A stretch of DNA of 64,000 nt. Origin: an uncultured virus (IMG/VR IMGVR_UViG_3300042304_001388). Its lineage: Duplodnaviria; Heunggongvirae; Uroviricota; Caudoviricetes. The translations under genes were made by a program, and so were the position numbers. Positions 27,930 through 37,527 of this stretch are shown piece after piece. Location of the stretch: the IMG/VR virus record IMGVR_UViG_3300042304_001388. One strand, written 5' to 3'. How positions within the stretch are numbered: the first letter of the stretch is position 1; each line of letters opens with the position of its first letter. Under the pieces are notes generated by a model that saw nothing but the letters and a program-made list of their open reading frames with translations, did no database searches and was not told where the DNA came from.

Positions 27930-28127
27930 TTAGTCTCTTTGCCATTTGTTTCTTTTTTCTCGTTTTAAAAATTCAACTCGATAACCAAATAGGTTAAAGG
28001 TTTTACGATATCCATATCTTATGGAAAATGGCACAAATCCGTGTTTGAAGGATCTAAAGGATAATCCATATCCAAAGATCCGGAACCAAAATATCTCTGG
28101 TCCTTTGTAGTAAGTTAGTGGTTTCAT
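27930..28127 (-). CDS. small hypothetical protein
   Basis: ORF in operon. Confidence 0.55.
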   Translation of the reverse strand: MKPLTYYKGPEIFWFRIFGYGLSFRSFKHGFVPFSIRYGYRKTFNLFGYRVEFLKREKRNKWQRD

Positions 28128-28129
28128 TT

Positions 28130-28444
28130 TTATCTATGTTTGTAAGTTTGTCCGTAAAATTCATAGTTCTTGTTGACATATTCCAACTCACCGTCCTTGA
28201 TTGCCCATTCTTCGGTTGGGTGGATAGCATCCACAGGACATTCAGGGAGACACGCACCACAATCAATACATACGTCTGGGTTGATATATAGTTGTTTCCC
28301 CACCTTCTCCTCATCAGTCAATGTAAGAGACTCACTACCCATTTTATCGGGGTAAATTGGACCGTTAATACAATCAACAGGACACACTTTTAAACATGAT
28401 CCGTCAATACAACTAACGCACTTACTACCTATTATATAACTCAT
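28130..28444 (-). CDS. 4Fe-4S dicluster ferredoxin
   Basis: CVSCIDGSCLKVCPVDCI and CIDCGACLPECPVDAI. Confidence 0.92.
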   Translation of the reverse strand: MSYIIGSKCVSCIDGSCLKVCPVDCINGPIYPDKMGSESLTLTDEEKVGKQLYINPDVCIDCGACLPECPVDAIHPTEEWAIKDGELEYVNKNYEFYGQTYKHR

Positions 28445-28448
28445 GGGA

Positions 28449-28478
28449 CAAAGATATAAAATATATTTTGGAATATCA
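28449..28478 (-). promoter_or_regulatory. GATATTCC box + TATCTTTG promoter
   Basis: GATATTCC...TATCTTTG-tccc-ATG. Confidence 0.55.
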
Positions 28479-28490
28479 AAGAAAATAATA

Positions 28491-28518
28491 AAAAAACCCC
28501 AAAGTATTTTTTGGGGTT
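28491..28518 (-). terminator. intrinsic terminator
   Basis: AACCCCAAA...TTTGGGGTT hairpin with T run on the minus strand. Confidence 0.7.
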
Positions 28519-28544
28519 CTAAATGTGTGTAAAATGTGTATAAC

Positions 28545-28754
28545 TTATTTCATTCCTAAAACTTCACCTGTTTTGATGTTAATAACGGCAAACTTACCAT
28601 CATCACTCTTGGCAACCATAAACTGTTCACCACCCGTATTTTCAGTCATATCTTCTTCCTTTGCGATTGAATTCTCTTGATCCATCTCATTTGAGACAAT
28701 ATTTTCAACGATACGTTCTATATCTGATTGTTTAATTTTTACTACTTTTGACAT
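28545..28754 (-). CDS. hypothetical protein, putative virion/head protein
   Basis: MSKVVKIKQSDIERIVENIV; TATTTAT at 28769-28775. Confidence 0.55.
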   Translation of the reverse strand: MSKVVKIKQSDIERIVENIVSNEMDQENSIAKEEDMTENTGGEQFMVAKSDDGKFAVINIKTGEVLGMK

Positions 28755-28777
28755 AATATTCTTTTTATATAAATACT

Positions 28778-29317
28778 TTATAACGATAAAAAGGTGGGTA
28801 GTACTAAATCCTTTTCAGATATTCTTTCTAAGTAACCACTCACTCTCCATTTGATATTCAAAGTTGGGTCGTTGTATATGATCCCACCTTCACTTTCTTT
28901 GTTATATGGGTTATCAACTTTATATTGGACTATTGTATTATCACTTAACGCTGAGAATCCGTGAGCACATCCTCTTGGTACAAACACTTCTTTGTTTTTC
29001 CCCCAACCAAGTTCAACCTCAACAACCTTACCATAACTTGGGGAACCCTTTCTAATATCAACGATAACGTCCAATACTCGTCCAGTGATACACGCAACAA
29101 GTTTAGCCTGTTCGTACTCACCTGTTTGAAAATGAAGTCCTCTAATCGTTCCTATATGAGAATACGACATATTATCCTGAACGAACTCCACATCATAACC
29201 CACGTTATGGTTGAATATTTCTTTATTGTATGGTACCCCGAAGTACCCACGGTGATCCACGAATGTATCGTAAGTTATTATATAACAACCTTCTATGTCT
29301 GTCTTGTTAAACTTCAT
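28778..29317 (-). CDS. rmlC: dTDP-4-dehydrorhamnose 3,5-epimerase
   Basis: DHRGYF, QDNMSYS..GTIRGLHFQ, QAKLV, VPRGCAHGF, YKVDNPY. Confidence 0.93.
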   Translation of the reverse strand: MKFNKTDIEGCYIITYDTFVDHRGYFGVPYNKEIFNHNVGYDVEFVQDNMSYSHIGTIRGLHFQTGEYEQAKLVACITGRVLDVIVDIRKGSPSYGKVVEVELGWGKNKEVFVPRGCAHGFSALSDNTIVQYKVDNPYNKESEGGIIYNDPTLNIKWRVSGYLERISEKDLVLPTFLSL

Positions 29318-29601
29318 TATTCGTGTCCTCCTAAATCATAGTTATCTTCCCAATCTTTTACTGATTTGGGTTTGCGTTTGGTTCTAGTTTTCACAAATGG
29401 TTCCTCACTTTTAACCCCATCAAATTGTTTTGGATTTGGTTTTGGGGTAAATGTAATCTTAACCGCATCCTTTTCTAACTTAGTTAATCTTTCTTCTAAC
29501 CATCGTAGTCTATCGTTTGTTATCCCTATCTCCATCTTAAAAAAAATGACACCGGGTACTACAACAAAAATCACTAATAAAATAACCACAAATAACATCA
29601 T
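29317..29601 (-). CDS. membrane-anchored hypothetical protein
   Basis: N-terminal transmembrane helix. Confidence 0.6.
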   Translation of the reverse strand: MMLFVVILLVIFVVVPGVIFFKMEIGITNDRLRWLEERLTKLEKDAVKITFTPKPNPKQFDGVKSEEPFVKTRTKRKPKSVKDWEDNYDLGGHE

Positions 29602-29612
29602 ATAATATAATT

Positions 29613-29855
29613 TTAAATTTCAATAAAAATTGGTGTCTTCTCACCGACATAAGCATTCCATGTGTTGTATTCCAAATACTCTATAGCATCAATCTCTTCC
29701 ATCTCCTCATCTGTCATCAATATACCAATCATCTTATCACGATCATATACTAATCTCATACTATTTGGTTCAACACCAACTATTGCACCGTCAAAACCAT
29801 CTGCGGTTAAGAAATCCTCCTCAGGAAACATTTCAATTATTTCTTCTAAAGTCAT
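29613..29855 (-). CDS. conserved phage hypothetical protein
   Basis: ADGFDGAIVG...EYNTWNAYVGEKTPIF. Confidence 0.7.
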   Translation of the reverse strand: MTLEEIIEMFPEEDFLTADGFDGAIVGVEPNSMRLVYDRDKMIGILMTDEEMEEIDAIEYLEYNTWNAYVGEKTPIFIEI

Positions 29856-29862
29856 GGTATAA

Positions 29863-30648
29863 TTATAATTTTGATTTAAATTCAGTTAAACCACATTTAG
29901 AATATGACATTCCTAAAATTATTTGTTTTTTACAAATTTTAATATGCTCTTCATCAGATAATCTTTTCAATGAAAGATCATAAAATATTTCATCAATTTC
30001 AAACCCAATTGAATTTCTGTTTAAATTTTTTGCAGCCATTAGAGTTGATGATACACCAGCAAATGGGTCTAATATTAAATCATTTTCGTCCGTTCTATTT
30101 AAAATAAAATAACTCAATAATCCGATTGGTTTTTGTGTGGGATGGTCATAATATTCAACGGATGAAACCTTACCATTATACTCGGCCTTGTATCTTTTTT
30201 TCTCCTCTCCGTCAAAAACTAAGGGTCTTGATTTTTCCGCAGAACCCTTAGATAACCCAATACATAATTCGTGAACGTTTCCCATTATGTTTAAATTACC
30301 ATAATTCATATCTCCCTTTCTCCATAAAAAATCATGACAATATTTTAATTTAGAATTAATTACATTTTGACCTATTCTCATGAACATGTCTGTTCTACCA
30401 AAAATATAACACATTTTTTTTGGTTTTAGAACTCTATGAAATTCTTCTAATAAAATGTCCCAATCAATGTCTTTAACATTATCCCCTAAAATTTTATGAG
30501 CCGTCTTTTTTTCTTTTTTTGAAGATTTAATAAATCCGTCAGAGTGATTAATTCCATATGGAGGGTCGGTTAATATTAAATCTACACTATCATTAGGAAT
30601 ATCTTTTATTAAATCAAACACATTTCCATTCTTTAGTTCTATACTCAT
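29863..30648 (-). CDS. N6-adenine/N4-cytosine DNA methyltransferase (beta-type motif order)
   Basis: DLILTDPPYG; HPTQKP; ILDPFAG; GFEID. Confidence 0.9.
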   Translation of the reverse strand: MSIELKNGNVFDLIKDIPNDSVDLILTDPPYGINHSDGFIKSSKKEKKTAHKILGDNVKDIDWDILLEEFHRVLKPKKMCYIFGRTDMFMRIGQNVINSKLKYCHDFLWRKGDMNYGNLNIMGNVHELCIGLSKGSAEKSRPLVFDGEEKKRYKAEYNGKVSSVEYYDHPTQKPIGLLSYFILNRTDENDLILDPFAGVSSTLMAAKNLNRNSIGFEIDEIFYDLSLKRLSDEEHIKICKKQIILGMSYSKCGLTEFKSKL

Positions 30649-31217
30649 ATTAAATTTAATTCCTTCAATTTTTTATGTTGTTCGGAATTTTTAACAACAT
30701 GTAATTTATATTCTTTATTTTTATTTTCTTTATTACTTTCTTTTCCTCCATGAATAAGATGAAGATTAAATTCATTATGGACAACATCTTTTTTTAATAA
30801 ATACCATTCCAATATTGCATCTCTGTTAATCAAATCAAAATCTATCGTAACAAATGTATAAAAATCAAACGTTTCATATGGTCTAAGTTGAATGAAGTTA
30901 AACGAAGCACTATTACCAAGGCCACTTAAAAAACTAACTTTTATTTCCGAAGAATCGTTTGGTTTAAAAATATTTTTAAATGTTGATGAAATAATTGAAT
31001 TTTCCTTAACATAAAAATCTCCCCTACTTTGACTTTTTTTTATACTACCTAAATTATATTCTTTAATAATTCTCTTTTCAATCTTAGGTCCATAAGATTG
31101 TGGTATACATTTATTGTAACATTCTAAAACGTAATCAAAAAACGGTAAATTATTATCTACTATATTTTTATTCTCATGTTTCTCTAAACATTTTTCTATT
31201 CTTTCTTTAGTTGTCAT
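30645..31217 (-). CDS. putative PD-(D/E)xK endonuclease
   Basis: RGDF...EIKVS motif; 4-nt overlap with the methyltransferase. Confidence 0.45.
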   Translation of the reverse strand: MTTKERIEKCLEKHENKNIVDNNLPFFDYVLECYNKCIPQSYGPKIEKRIIKEYNLGSIKKSQSRGDFYVKENSIISSTFKNIFKPNDSSEIKVSFLSGLGNSASFNFIQLRPYETFDFYTFVTIDFDLINRDAILEWYLLKKDVVHNEFNLHLIHGGKESNKENKNKEYKLHVVKNSEQHKKLKELNLI

Positions 31218-31262
31218 TATTTTGTTTTTAATAATATAACTAAAAATTGTGGAATAAAAAAA

Positions 31263-31916
31263 TTATCCTACAACATTTTTCAATTTATCAATATGATGTT
31301 CGTCATCTCCAAGTTCAGAACCTATCGGTTGTTTCTTCATTGGGTTCATTATCTCCCTATGTAAATCGTAAGGTCTAAATTCAGGATGTCCGTCCATACC
31401 AACATCCATTCTTCTAAATGATATTTTCTTTTCATTAGGGAGGTGAGAATGTCCGTGAAGGTGTATACGACCCTTACCCAGTCCATTCCATGACAGGATG
31501 GGAAAGTGCATACATTCCATTGTCTCACCCATATAATTCAATTGTAGAAACCATTGTGTTGAAGTAAATAGTTTTTGACAGTTATCTCTATTGTTAACCA
31601 GATGGTGGTCATGATTCCCATAAATTAAATGTATTTCTTTACACCATATTCTATTACGAAGTTCTTCAATAGTTTCAAACCCACCGAATGACCAATCACC
31701 AAAATGTATCAACACATCGTCCTGACCAACGACCTCGTTGATGTTATTCACAATTGATGCATTCATCTTATCCAATGTTTCAAATGGGCGTGTTTGTTTC
31801 TCTGGTACATCACCATTAGGCAATCTCCAATTAGTTATTCCACGACATATGTTTGTGTGTGAATAGTGTGTGTCCGAAGTCACCCATACTTTTCTATCGT
31901 TATCAATCTTTAACAT
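31263..31916 (-). CDS. calcineurin-like metallophosphoesterase
   Basis: SDTHYSH, HFGD, GNHD, HLHGHSH, DVGMD. Confidence 0.88.
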   Translation of the reverse strand: MLKIDNDRKVWVTSDTHYSHTNICRGITNWRLPNGDVPEKQTRPFETLDKMNASIVNNINEVVGQDDVLIHFGDWSFGGFETIEELRNRIWCKEIHLIYGNHDHHLVNNRDNCQKLFTSTQWFLQLNYMGETMECMHFPILSWNGLGKGRIHLHGHSHLPNEKKISFRRMDVGMDGHPEFRPYDLHREIMNPMKKQPIGSELGDDEHHIDKLKNVVG

Positions 31917-32316
31917 TACTCCTCAAAAATTTGAAGTCTTTTAATTTATTTTTATCTATTCTTTCTATTGCCGACCTAACTGCTTCATCTCTCTCTGATT
32001 GTGCTTGGGCAATTCGTGATATTGGTGGTGGAGGTGGAATGGACCTACCAAAACTTGTCATTCGTTGTCTATTAATTTCTGACATTGTTCTAAACCATCC
32101 TCTATGTCTATCATTACTCTCCTGTTCCATTACCCCATAATATTTCTTCTTCTCTTCAACATCCTTTCCCACTATTAAAGCTAATATTGGTCCTAACAAT
32201 ATTGCACCTATTACCATATCCAAACCTAATGTGTAATGTTTATTATGATAATACATCACATATACAGATGAGGTTACCCAAACCAATATTATGAAAATTA
32301 TTAGTAATATATTCAT
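31903..32316 (-). CDS. membrane protein with C-terminal FKFL tag
   Basis: Two N-terminal transmembrane helices; ends NKLKDFKFLRSNVKD; TATCTTTG promoter at 32322-32347. Confidence 0.7.
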   Translation of the reverse strand: MNILLIIFIILVWVTSSVYVMYYHNKHYTLGLDMVIGAILLGPILALIVGKDVEEKKKYYGVMEQESNDRHRGWFRTMSEINRQRMTSFGRSIPPPPPISRIAQAQSERDEAVRSAIERIDKNKLKDFKFLRSNVKD

Positions 32317-32360
32317 ACCAACAAAGATATGAAATGTTTTTGAATATACAAAATAATACA

Positions 32361-32388
32361 AAAAAAATCCCCACATTTCTGTGGGGAT
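32361..32388 (-). terminator. intrinsic terminator
   Basis: ATCCCCACA-tttc-TGTGGGGAT hairpin with T run on the minus strand. Confidence 0.75.
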
Positions 32389-32444
32389 CAGGGCGAAACA
32401 CGTACGTGTGTCAATCCAAGGATACTATCCAAGGATGGGCTCTT

Positions 32445-33680
32445 TTATTTTTTAAGTTTCTTTATGTTATTTATTCTTTTAATAACTTGTTTTGCAATTT
32501 CAACACCTTCATTAACATTAGGTTTGTTAGTGATGTCGTATTGTTTAACGTTAGCCTTCTTCAACATCTCAACTGGTTTGAATTGGGTCATGATCATACC
32601 CTTTAATTCGTCCATTGCTTCGATAAGTGCTGTCTTGATAGGTAAACTATCCATAACCGTCATTTTATCATCAAATTTAGTTCCTGGTTCCAATTCAGCC
32701 GTCTTTCTAATGGTCTCGTCTCTATCTAATTCTAAACCATTATTAACCCATCTGTCTTCCTTAAGTTTTCTACCAAATTTAGTTTTAAATCTAACAGTCC
32801 ATAAGTATTGATTATCAAGTAGTTGTCCTTTAATTGATAAGTCCATTCTAACCGTCACATCCAAATTCGCCTCATCAAAACCATATTTATCCAACATATA
32901 TGAGTCAGTTTTACCCATATATTGTTTACTATTCTTCTTCGTCTCTTCCCAATTCATGTATTGTTGGTTAAACTGACGAGCTAAGTGATATGATTTGTAT
33001 TCATCTTCTAATTTCTTACCACCGATTCTCGCCGTTACAAACTTTAAGAATTGAGTTGCTGATAAGTATGAATTGAATGTGTGTGTTTGATAGTTGATTT
33101 GATCGTTATCAACTCTACCATATCTATTTAAGTGTTTTCTGTCTCTTGATTTGACCTCAGGGATACTCAATCTTTCTAAACGAGCCGATACTTCAGGATT
33201 ACCTAAGTATTCTTCAACTGTACGATTAAGTTCTATTTTAATTTTAGTAGTTGCCGGTTTAATATTACCTGAATGTTGATATGTTGTTCCCGCCTTACCA
33301 CTTCTTGGTTGATCTTTAACTTTCTTAGCCGCCACCAATTCAGGTTCTATTCCATGTTCATCCGCTAAACTATCTAACCATTCTTGGTTTGCCTCTTTAA
33401 AAGCTTCCAATTCCATTCCGTCTAATGGGATCCATATACGTTCACTACCAGGAACAAGTTCCTTTTTCTTCATACCTGTATTAGGATCTTCAATTGTATT
33501 TAACTTTTTAAGTTCCCATCCATCAGGTATATTTGTGGTATTCCCATCTCTAAAAATAGGTCTAAACGCTGCAAGTTTATTAGATGTGTCCTGTGTTCCC
33601 TTCTTGTTGTAGGCAAACTCATCCACTTCACCTTGTTCTCTTAATTGAACTAATAAGTCTTTCTTTGATATTTCTTTCAT
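32445..33680 (-). CDS. hypothetical protein, putative virion protein
   Basis: 411-aa ORF; TATTTAT at 33703-33709; N-terminal QLRE. Confidence 0.65.
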   Translation of the reverse strand: MKEISKKDLLVQLREQGEVDEFAYNKKGTQDTSNKLAAFRPIFRDGNTTNIPDGWELKKLNTIEDPNTGMKKKELVPGSERIWIPLDGMELEAFKEANQEWLDSLADEHGIEPELVAAKKVKDQPRSGKAGTTYQHSGNIKPATTKIKIELNRTVEEYLGNPEVSARLERLSIPEVKSRDRKHLNRYGRVDNDQINYQTHTFNSYLSATQFLKFVTARIGGKKLEDEYKSYHLARQFNQQYMNWEETKKNSKQYMGKTDSYMLDKYGFDEANLDVTVRMDLSIKGQLLDNQYLWTVRFKTKFGRKLKEDRWVNNGLELDRDETIRKTAELEPGTKFDDKMTVMDSLPIKTALIEAMDELKGMIMTQFKPVEMLKKANVKQYDITNKPNVNEGVEIAKQVIKRINNIKKLKK

Positions 33681-33722
33681 TTGAGTATACTTCTATGTCT
33701 ATATAAATACTCCGTTTATGAC

Positions 33723-34109
33723 TTATGGATTCATTTTTAATACACATTCTAAATGATCTGTATTGACTAAGTAGTCATATTCAATCTCAGACGTATCTCT
33801 ACCACAATAACTACAAGTCATTTGTGGTTCAGGTGTTTCTCCTGTGATCTCCCAACATTTTTGTCTAACCTTTGCTCCGAGTTCTTGATCGTTAGGTGTG
33901 TTTAGAATGTCTTCCGCTGAGATTGTGATTAAAGTTGTTCTTTTTCTCATTACAGTGGTGATGTAATCGTTAGATGGTCCATAAGTTCTATCATAACATT
34001 GTTTACAACATTGACCAGCACCTTCAACATAACCATATCTTAAATCGATATGTGTGTTTACATCAATCGTAGTTTGCTTTCCGCAGATAATACAAATTTC
34101 ATTTGGCAT
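33723..34109 (-). CDS. zinc-finger-like protein
   Basis: CIICG...CCKQC; CSYCG...HLEC. Confidence 0.6.
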   Translation of the reverse strand: MPNEICIICGKQTTIDVNTHIDLRYGYVEGAGQCCKQCYDRTYGPSNDYITTVMRKRTTLITISAEDILNTPNDQELGAKVRQKCWEITGETPEPQMTCSYCGRDTSEIEYDYLVNTDHLECVLKMNP

Positions 34110-34163
34110 AAAAAAAAGTTTAGATTATAAATTTAAACTTCTTTTTTGATATAACGAAATATT

Positions 34164-35561
34164 TTAAGAATTTGTTCCTAAATTTTTAGCAATTTTATTT
34201 ACTTGTCTTGCGATTGATCCAACCACCTTTTCGTAGTTAGGAGCCCCCGCGTATCTTAAATTTTTTTGGTTAACAAAATTGTTAATTAGGTCTTGTGCGG
34301 TTCTACCTTTACCTATATAATCTTTTGCTATAAGATTATAATATGCATCAATACCCGATTGTGTTGAACTATGGTTTATCGTACCTCCATCATCTGTGTT
34401 TCCAACGTTAAACGGGTTTTTAGTTTTTATTGGTAGACTATTTGCATCGGGGTTTCCAATACCTCCTTCAGCTGCCAATTGTCCTAAAGCCAATTCAGGT
34501 GGGATATATTTGTTACGTTTCTCAAATGTTCTTTTAGCACTTGATGCCATCATATCTCCCGTGATATTCAATAAGTTAGGGGTTCTTGATTTTATGAATA
34601 CATCACATATTTCACTATACATCTTATAACCTTCTTCCGTTGTTAAATCTAAATCAGTAAAGACATCGCTTCCTCCTGTTGTAACCTTATCTATTAATTG
34701 ACTTAATTGTTCTTTAGTAATCCCCTTTAATTCTAATTTAGACGCCATTGATTGAGCCATTTCAGGTGTAACTGATTCTGTTGTTTCATCAGTTTCTGAG
34801 TTACTCATAGTAACTGACTCTCCACCACCTATTTCGGTTGATACCCAATTAAATAATTCTTCCATTTTACCCGAATCACCACTAACATCTAAACCTTCAC
34901 CTACCTTTTTACCATTAACAGTTTGACTAAATGTATTATAATGATGACTATTACCCACATGTACGGGGTTAACTTTAGATGTATAAGGATTCTCACCAGC
35001 ATGTAAACCTAATTCTAATGCCTTTTCCATTACTTTAACAGCAACCTGAGCATCCGTAAACCCAAAATGGATATGTGTATCGTGATTTGACCATTTAATA
35101 CCGTTTACTTTATTACCAGCATCAATACCCCATGGCATCTTATTCCACACCATTTCATCAATACCTGATATAAAACCTTCACTTATAATATTATTATCTG
35201 TCTTATATTTTTTAACCGCATCCGCAGTCTCGGGACCAAACAACCCATCAACACCATGTCTTGGTAATTCATACCCTAATAGGACTAATCCAATTTGAAT
35301 TGTTTCCACTTCTTTTTGATGTTGCATTGAACCTAACTTCTGTTGGGTAACCGGTTCTTTGATTGATTTAAGATCGGTAAGGAATTTTCTAACATCATCA
35401 TCTACAAAATCCGCCTTTGACGGAACGTCTATTGGTTTAATGGCATTCGTGTCTCCTCCTTGAATTAACTTAGTTAGTAAGTCGTCCTCCAACAATACTT
35501 TCTTACCATAAGTGATACTGTGTATTCTTTCCAGTTCTTCTTTTAAGGTTCTTTTCTTCAT
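34164..35561 (-). CDS. peptidoglycan-binding domain + C-terminal glucosaminidase/lysozyme-like domain
   Basis: IQIGLVLLGY...GVDGLFGPETADAVKKYK; LALGQLAAEGG...NPFNVG...RYA...NYEK. Confidence 0.7.
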   Translation of the reverse strand: MKKRTLKEELERIHSITYGKKVLLEDDLLTKLIQGGDTNAIKPIDVPSKADFVDDDVRKFLTDLKSIKEPVTQQKLGSMQHQKEVETIQIGLVLLGYELPRHGVDGLFGPETADAVKKYKTDNNIISEGFISGIDEMVWNKMPWGIDAGNKVNGIKWSNHDTHIHFGFTDAQVAVKVMEKALELGLHAGENPYTSKVNPVHVGNSHHYNTFSQTVNGKKVGEGLDVSGDSGKMEELFNWVSTEIGGGESVTMSNSETDETTESVTPEMAQSMASKLELKGITKEQLSQLIDKVTTGGSDVFTDLDLTTEEGYKMYSEICDVFIKSRTPNLLNITGDMMASSAKRTFEKRNKYIPPELALGQLAAEGGIGNPDANSLPIKTKNPFNVGNTDDGGTINHSSTQSGIDAYYNLIAKDYIGKGRTAQDLINNFVNQKNLRYAGAPNYEKVVGSIARQVNKIAKNLGTNS

Positions 35562-35589
35562 ACGAATATAAATATCCCAAATTGTGGTT

Positions 35590-35751
35590 TTATCCTAAAT
35601 AATCCTTGTCGTCGTGGTCAAAATCACCGAACAAGTCTCCCCCCTTATAATCCGGGTGATTCTCTTTCATATGGTCTATACCCCTAACCCAAAAGAAAGC
35701 AACTATCACTGCCAAGACAAAACTACATCCAATACCAATTACGTATCCCAT
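35590..35751 (-). CDS. small membrane protein (53 aa)
   Basis: Hand-translated MGYVIGIGCSFVLAVIVAFFWVRGID... Confidence 0.5.
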   Translation of the reverse strand: MGYVIGIGCSFVLAVIVAFFWVRGIDHMKENHPDYKGGDLFGDFDHDDKDYLG

Positions 35752-35754
35752 AAC

Positions 35755-36438
35755 TTATTTAATTAATTTTTTAAAATTACTTTTAAATTCCTTTTCATAC
35801 ACTTTTAGTTCCTTTGTGTTCAATCCATTATATAATCCTGTTGACATGAACGCTTGAATCTCATCATCGATAATTTTCTTATCGTTAACATAACCCATCT
35901 TAATAAGTTTCTTCTTCAACTTATCATAATGAGTTGGTTTAATATTACCAATCAGTTCATTTACCTTTTTCTTATAATCTTTGTTTGTAAAATATAGTCC
36001 ATGAGCAATTTCGTGGTTCAATGTTCCCTTATCTTTAGAACTTGCACCAATCAAATACCAATCACATCTTGTTCCATTATTTTTATTTTGTGAATCAATT
36101 GCACAATAATAATAAATGTCATTCATTATTACATCATACTCTGTTTCTTTATAAAACGCATCCACCCCTCCGTCCAATATATTTGATGGGATATTATATC
36201 CAGCCCAATCATCAGGATATGTAAATGTTCTTTTCTTCCACATATCTTTGTAATGTCTCATATATTCCATCCAAGTAAAACGTTTACCTCTAAACTTTTT
36301 ATATGGTGATTCATAGTACTCTTGATAACGACAGAACAACATTGCACGATCGTAGTCATCGTCAACTTCGGCACAATAAATTTGTGGGACAATTTCTTTA
36401 ACTACACCTTTAACTAAAGGATGTTTAATTTTTTTCAT
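35755..36438 (-). CDS. HExxH-motif protein (putative zinc metallopeptidase)
   Basis: TLNHEIAHGL...DEIQAF. Confidence 0.55.
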   Translation of the reverse strand: MKKIKHPLVKGVVKEIVPQIYCAEVDDDYDRAMLFCRYQEYYESPYKKFRGKRFTWMEYMRHYKDMWKKRTFTYPDDWAGYNIPSNILDGGVDAFYKETEYDVIMNDIYYYCAIDSQNKNNGTRCDWYLIGASSKDKGTLNHEIAHGLYFTNKDYKKKVNELIGNIKPTHYDKLKKKLIKMGYVNDKKIIDDEIQAFMSTGLYNGLNTKELKVYEKEFKSNFKKLIK

Positions 36439-36537
36439 CTGGCAATTTATTAATTTGTCTAATGACATTAATAAAAGAAAATACTGATAGTGTTGCAAAT
36501 CCAACATATCCTAATATAATTAACATTTGCATATTAT

Positions 36538-36735
36538 TTAACTTTTAATTTTAAAATCTTTGTTATAAATGTTATTGTCTTTAATGAACTTGACAACGTT
36601 TCTAATTTCTGTGGCTCTAACACCACTATAAGCATCATCCATTTCACTTAAATCATCTGCACGTTTAAGTAATTCATCTAATGCTGTTCTTTCCAATACT
36701 ACAAATTGTTTATAATCACCTATTATTTGTTCCAT
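36538..36735 (-). CDS. hypothetical protein
   Basis: ORF with upstream AT box. Confidence 0.55.
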   Translation of the reverse strand: MEQIIGDYKQFVVLERTALDELLKRADDLSEMDDAYSGVRATEIRNVVKFIKDNNIYNKDFKIKS

Positions 36736-36771
36736 AGGTATAATATAATAAAAATAAATGAGAAATAAAAA

Positions 36772-37101
36772 TTAGAGAGCAAAACTTTCTCCACATCCAC
36801 AAGTCCGACTTGCTTGGGGGTTAACCCAATTGAATCCTTTTCCATTTAATCCATCGGAATAATCTAATTCGGTTCCATATAGGTATAGAACTGATTTTTT
36901 ATCTATAATAACTTTTAAGACCTTTAAATCAACAACTTCATCCATATCTGTTACTATATCATCAAAGTCCATAGCGTAAGATAATCCACTACATCCACCT
37001 CCCTTAACCCCAACGCGAAGAAAATGGGTCTCAGGTGTTATTCCTTTTTCCACCATTAATTCAACAACATGATTAAGTGCTTTATCCGATATTGTAACCA
37101 T
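36772..37101 (-). CDS. iscA: A-type iron-sulfur cluster carrier (IscA/HesB family)
   Basis: LRVGVKGGGCSGLSY...NPQASRTCGCGESF. Confidence 0.93.
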   Translation of the reverse strand: MVTISDKALNHVVELMVEKGITPETHFLRVGVKGGGCSGLSYAMDFDDIVTDMDEVVDLKVLKVIIDKKSVLYLYGTELDYSDGLNGKGFNWVNPQASRTCGCGESFAL

Positions 37102-37102
37102 C

Positions 37103-37504
37103 TTAATGTTCAAATACTAATACATCCATACCATTCTTAACACGGTAATCGTTTATTGCCGATTTAATAGCATCCTCCGCCAAAACTGAACAGTGAATCT
37201 TAACTGGTGGTAAGTTTAATTCTTCCACCAAATCCATATTGTCAATTGTTAATGCTTCGTCCACGCTCTTTCCTTTTAACCATTCAGTTGCAACTGATGA
37301 CGATGCAATTGCCGAACCGCATCCAAAAGTTTTGAATTTAGCATCAACGATGATATTATCCACTACTTCAATTTGTAATCTCATCACATCACCGCACTCA
37401 GGTGCACCAACCAATCCAGTACCTACATTAGATTTAGATTTATCTAATGTTCCTACATTTTGTGGATTAGAGTAATGATTTAATACTTTATCTGAATATG
37501 CCAT
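37103..37504 (-). CDS. iscU: iron-sulfur cluster scaffold IscU
   Basis: GAPECGDVMRLQI, FKTFGCGSAIASSS, LPPVKIHCSVLAEDA. Confidence 0.95.
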   Translation of the reverse strand: MAYSDKVLNHYSNPQNVGTLDKSKSNVGTGLVGAPECGDVMRLQIEVVDNIIVDAKFKTFGCGSAIASSSVATEWLKGKSVDEALTIDNMDLVEELNLPPVKIHCSVLAEDAIKSAINDYRVKNGMDVLVFEH

Positions 37505-37527
37505 ATTAGTTGTTTATATGATAAATA

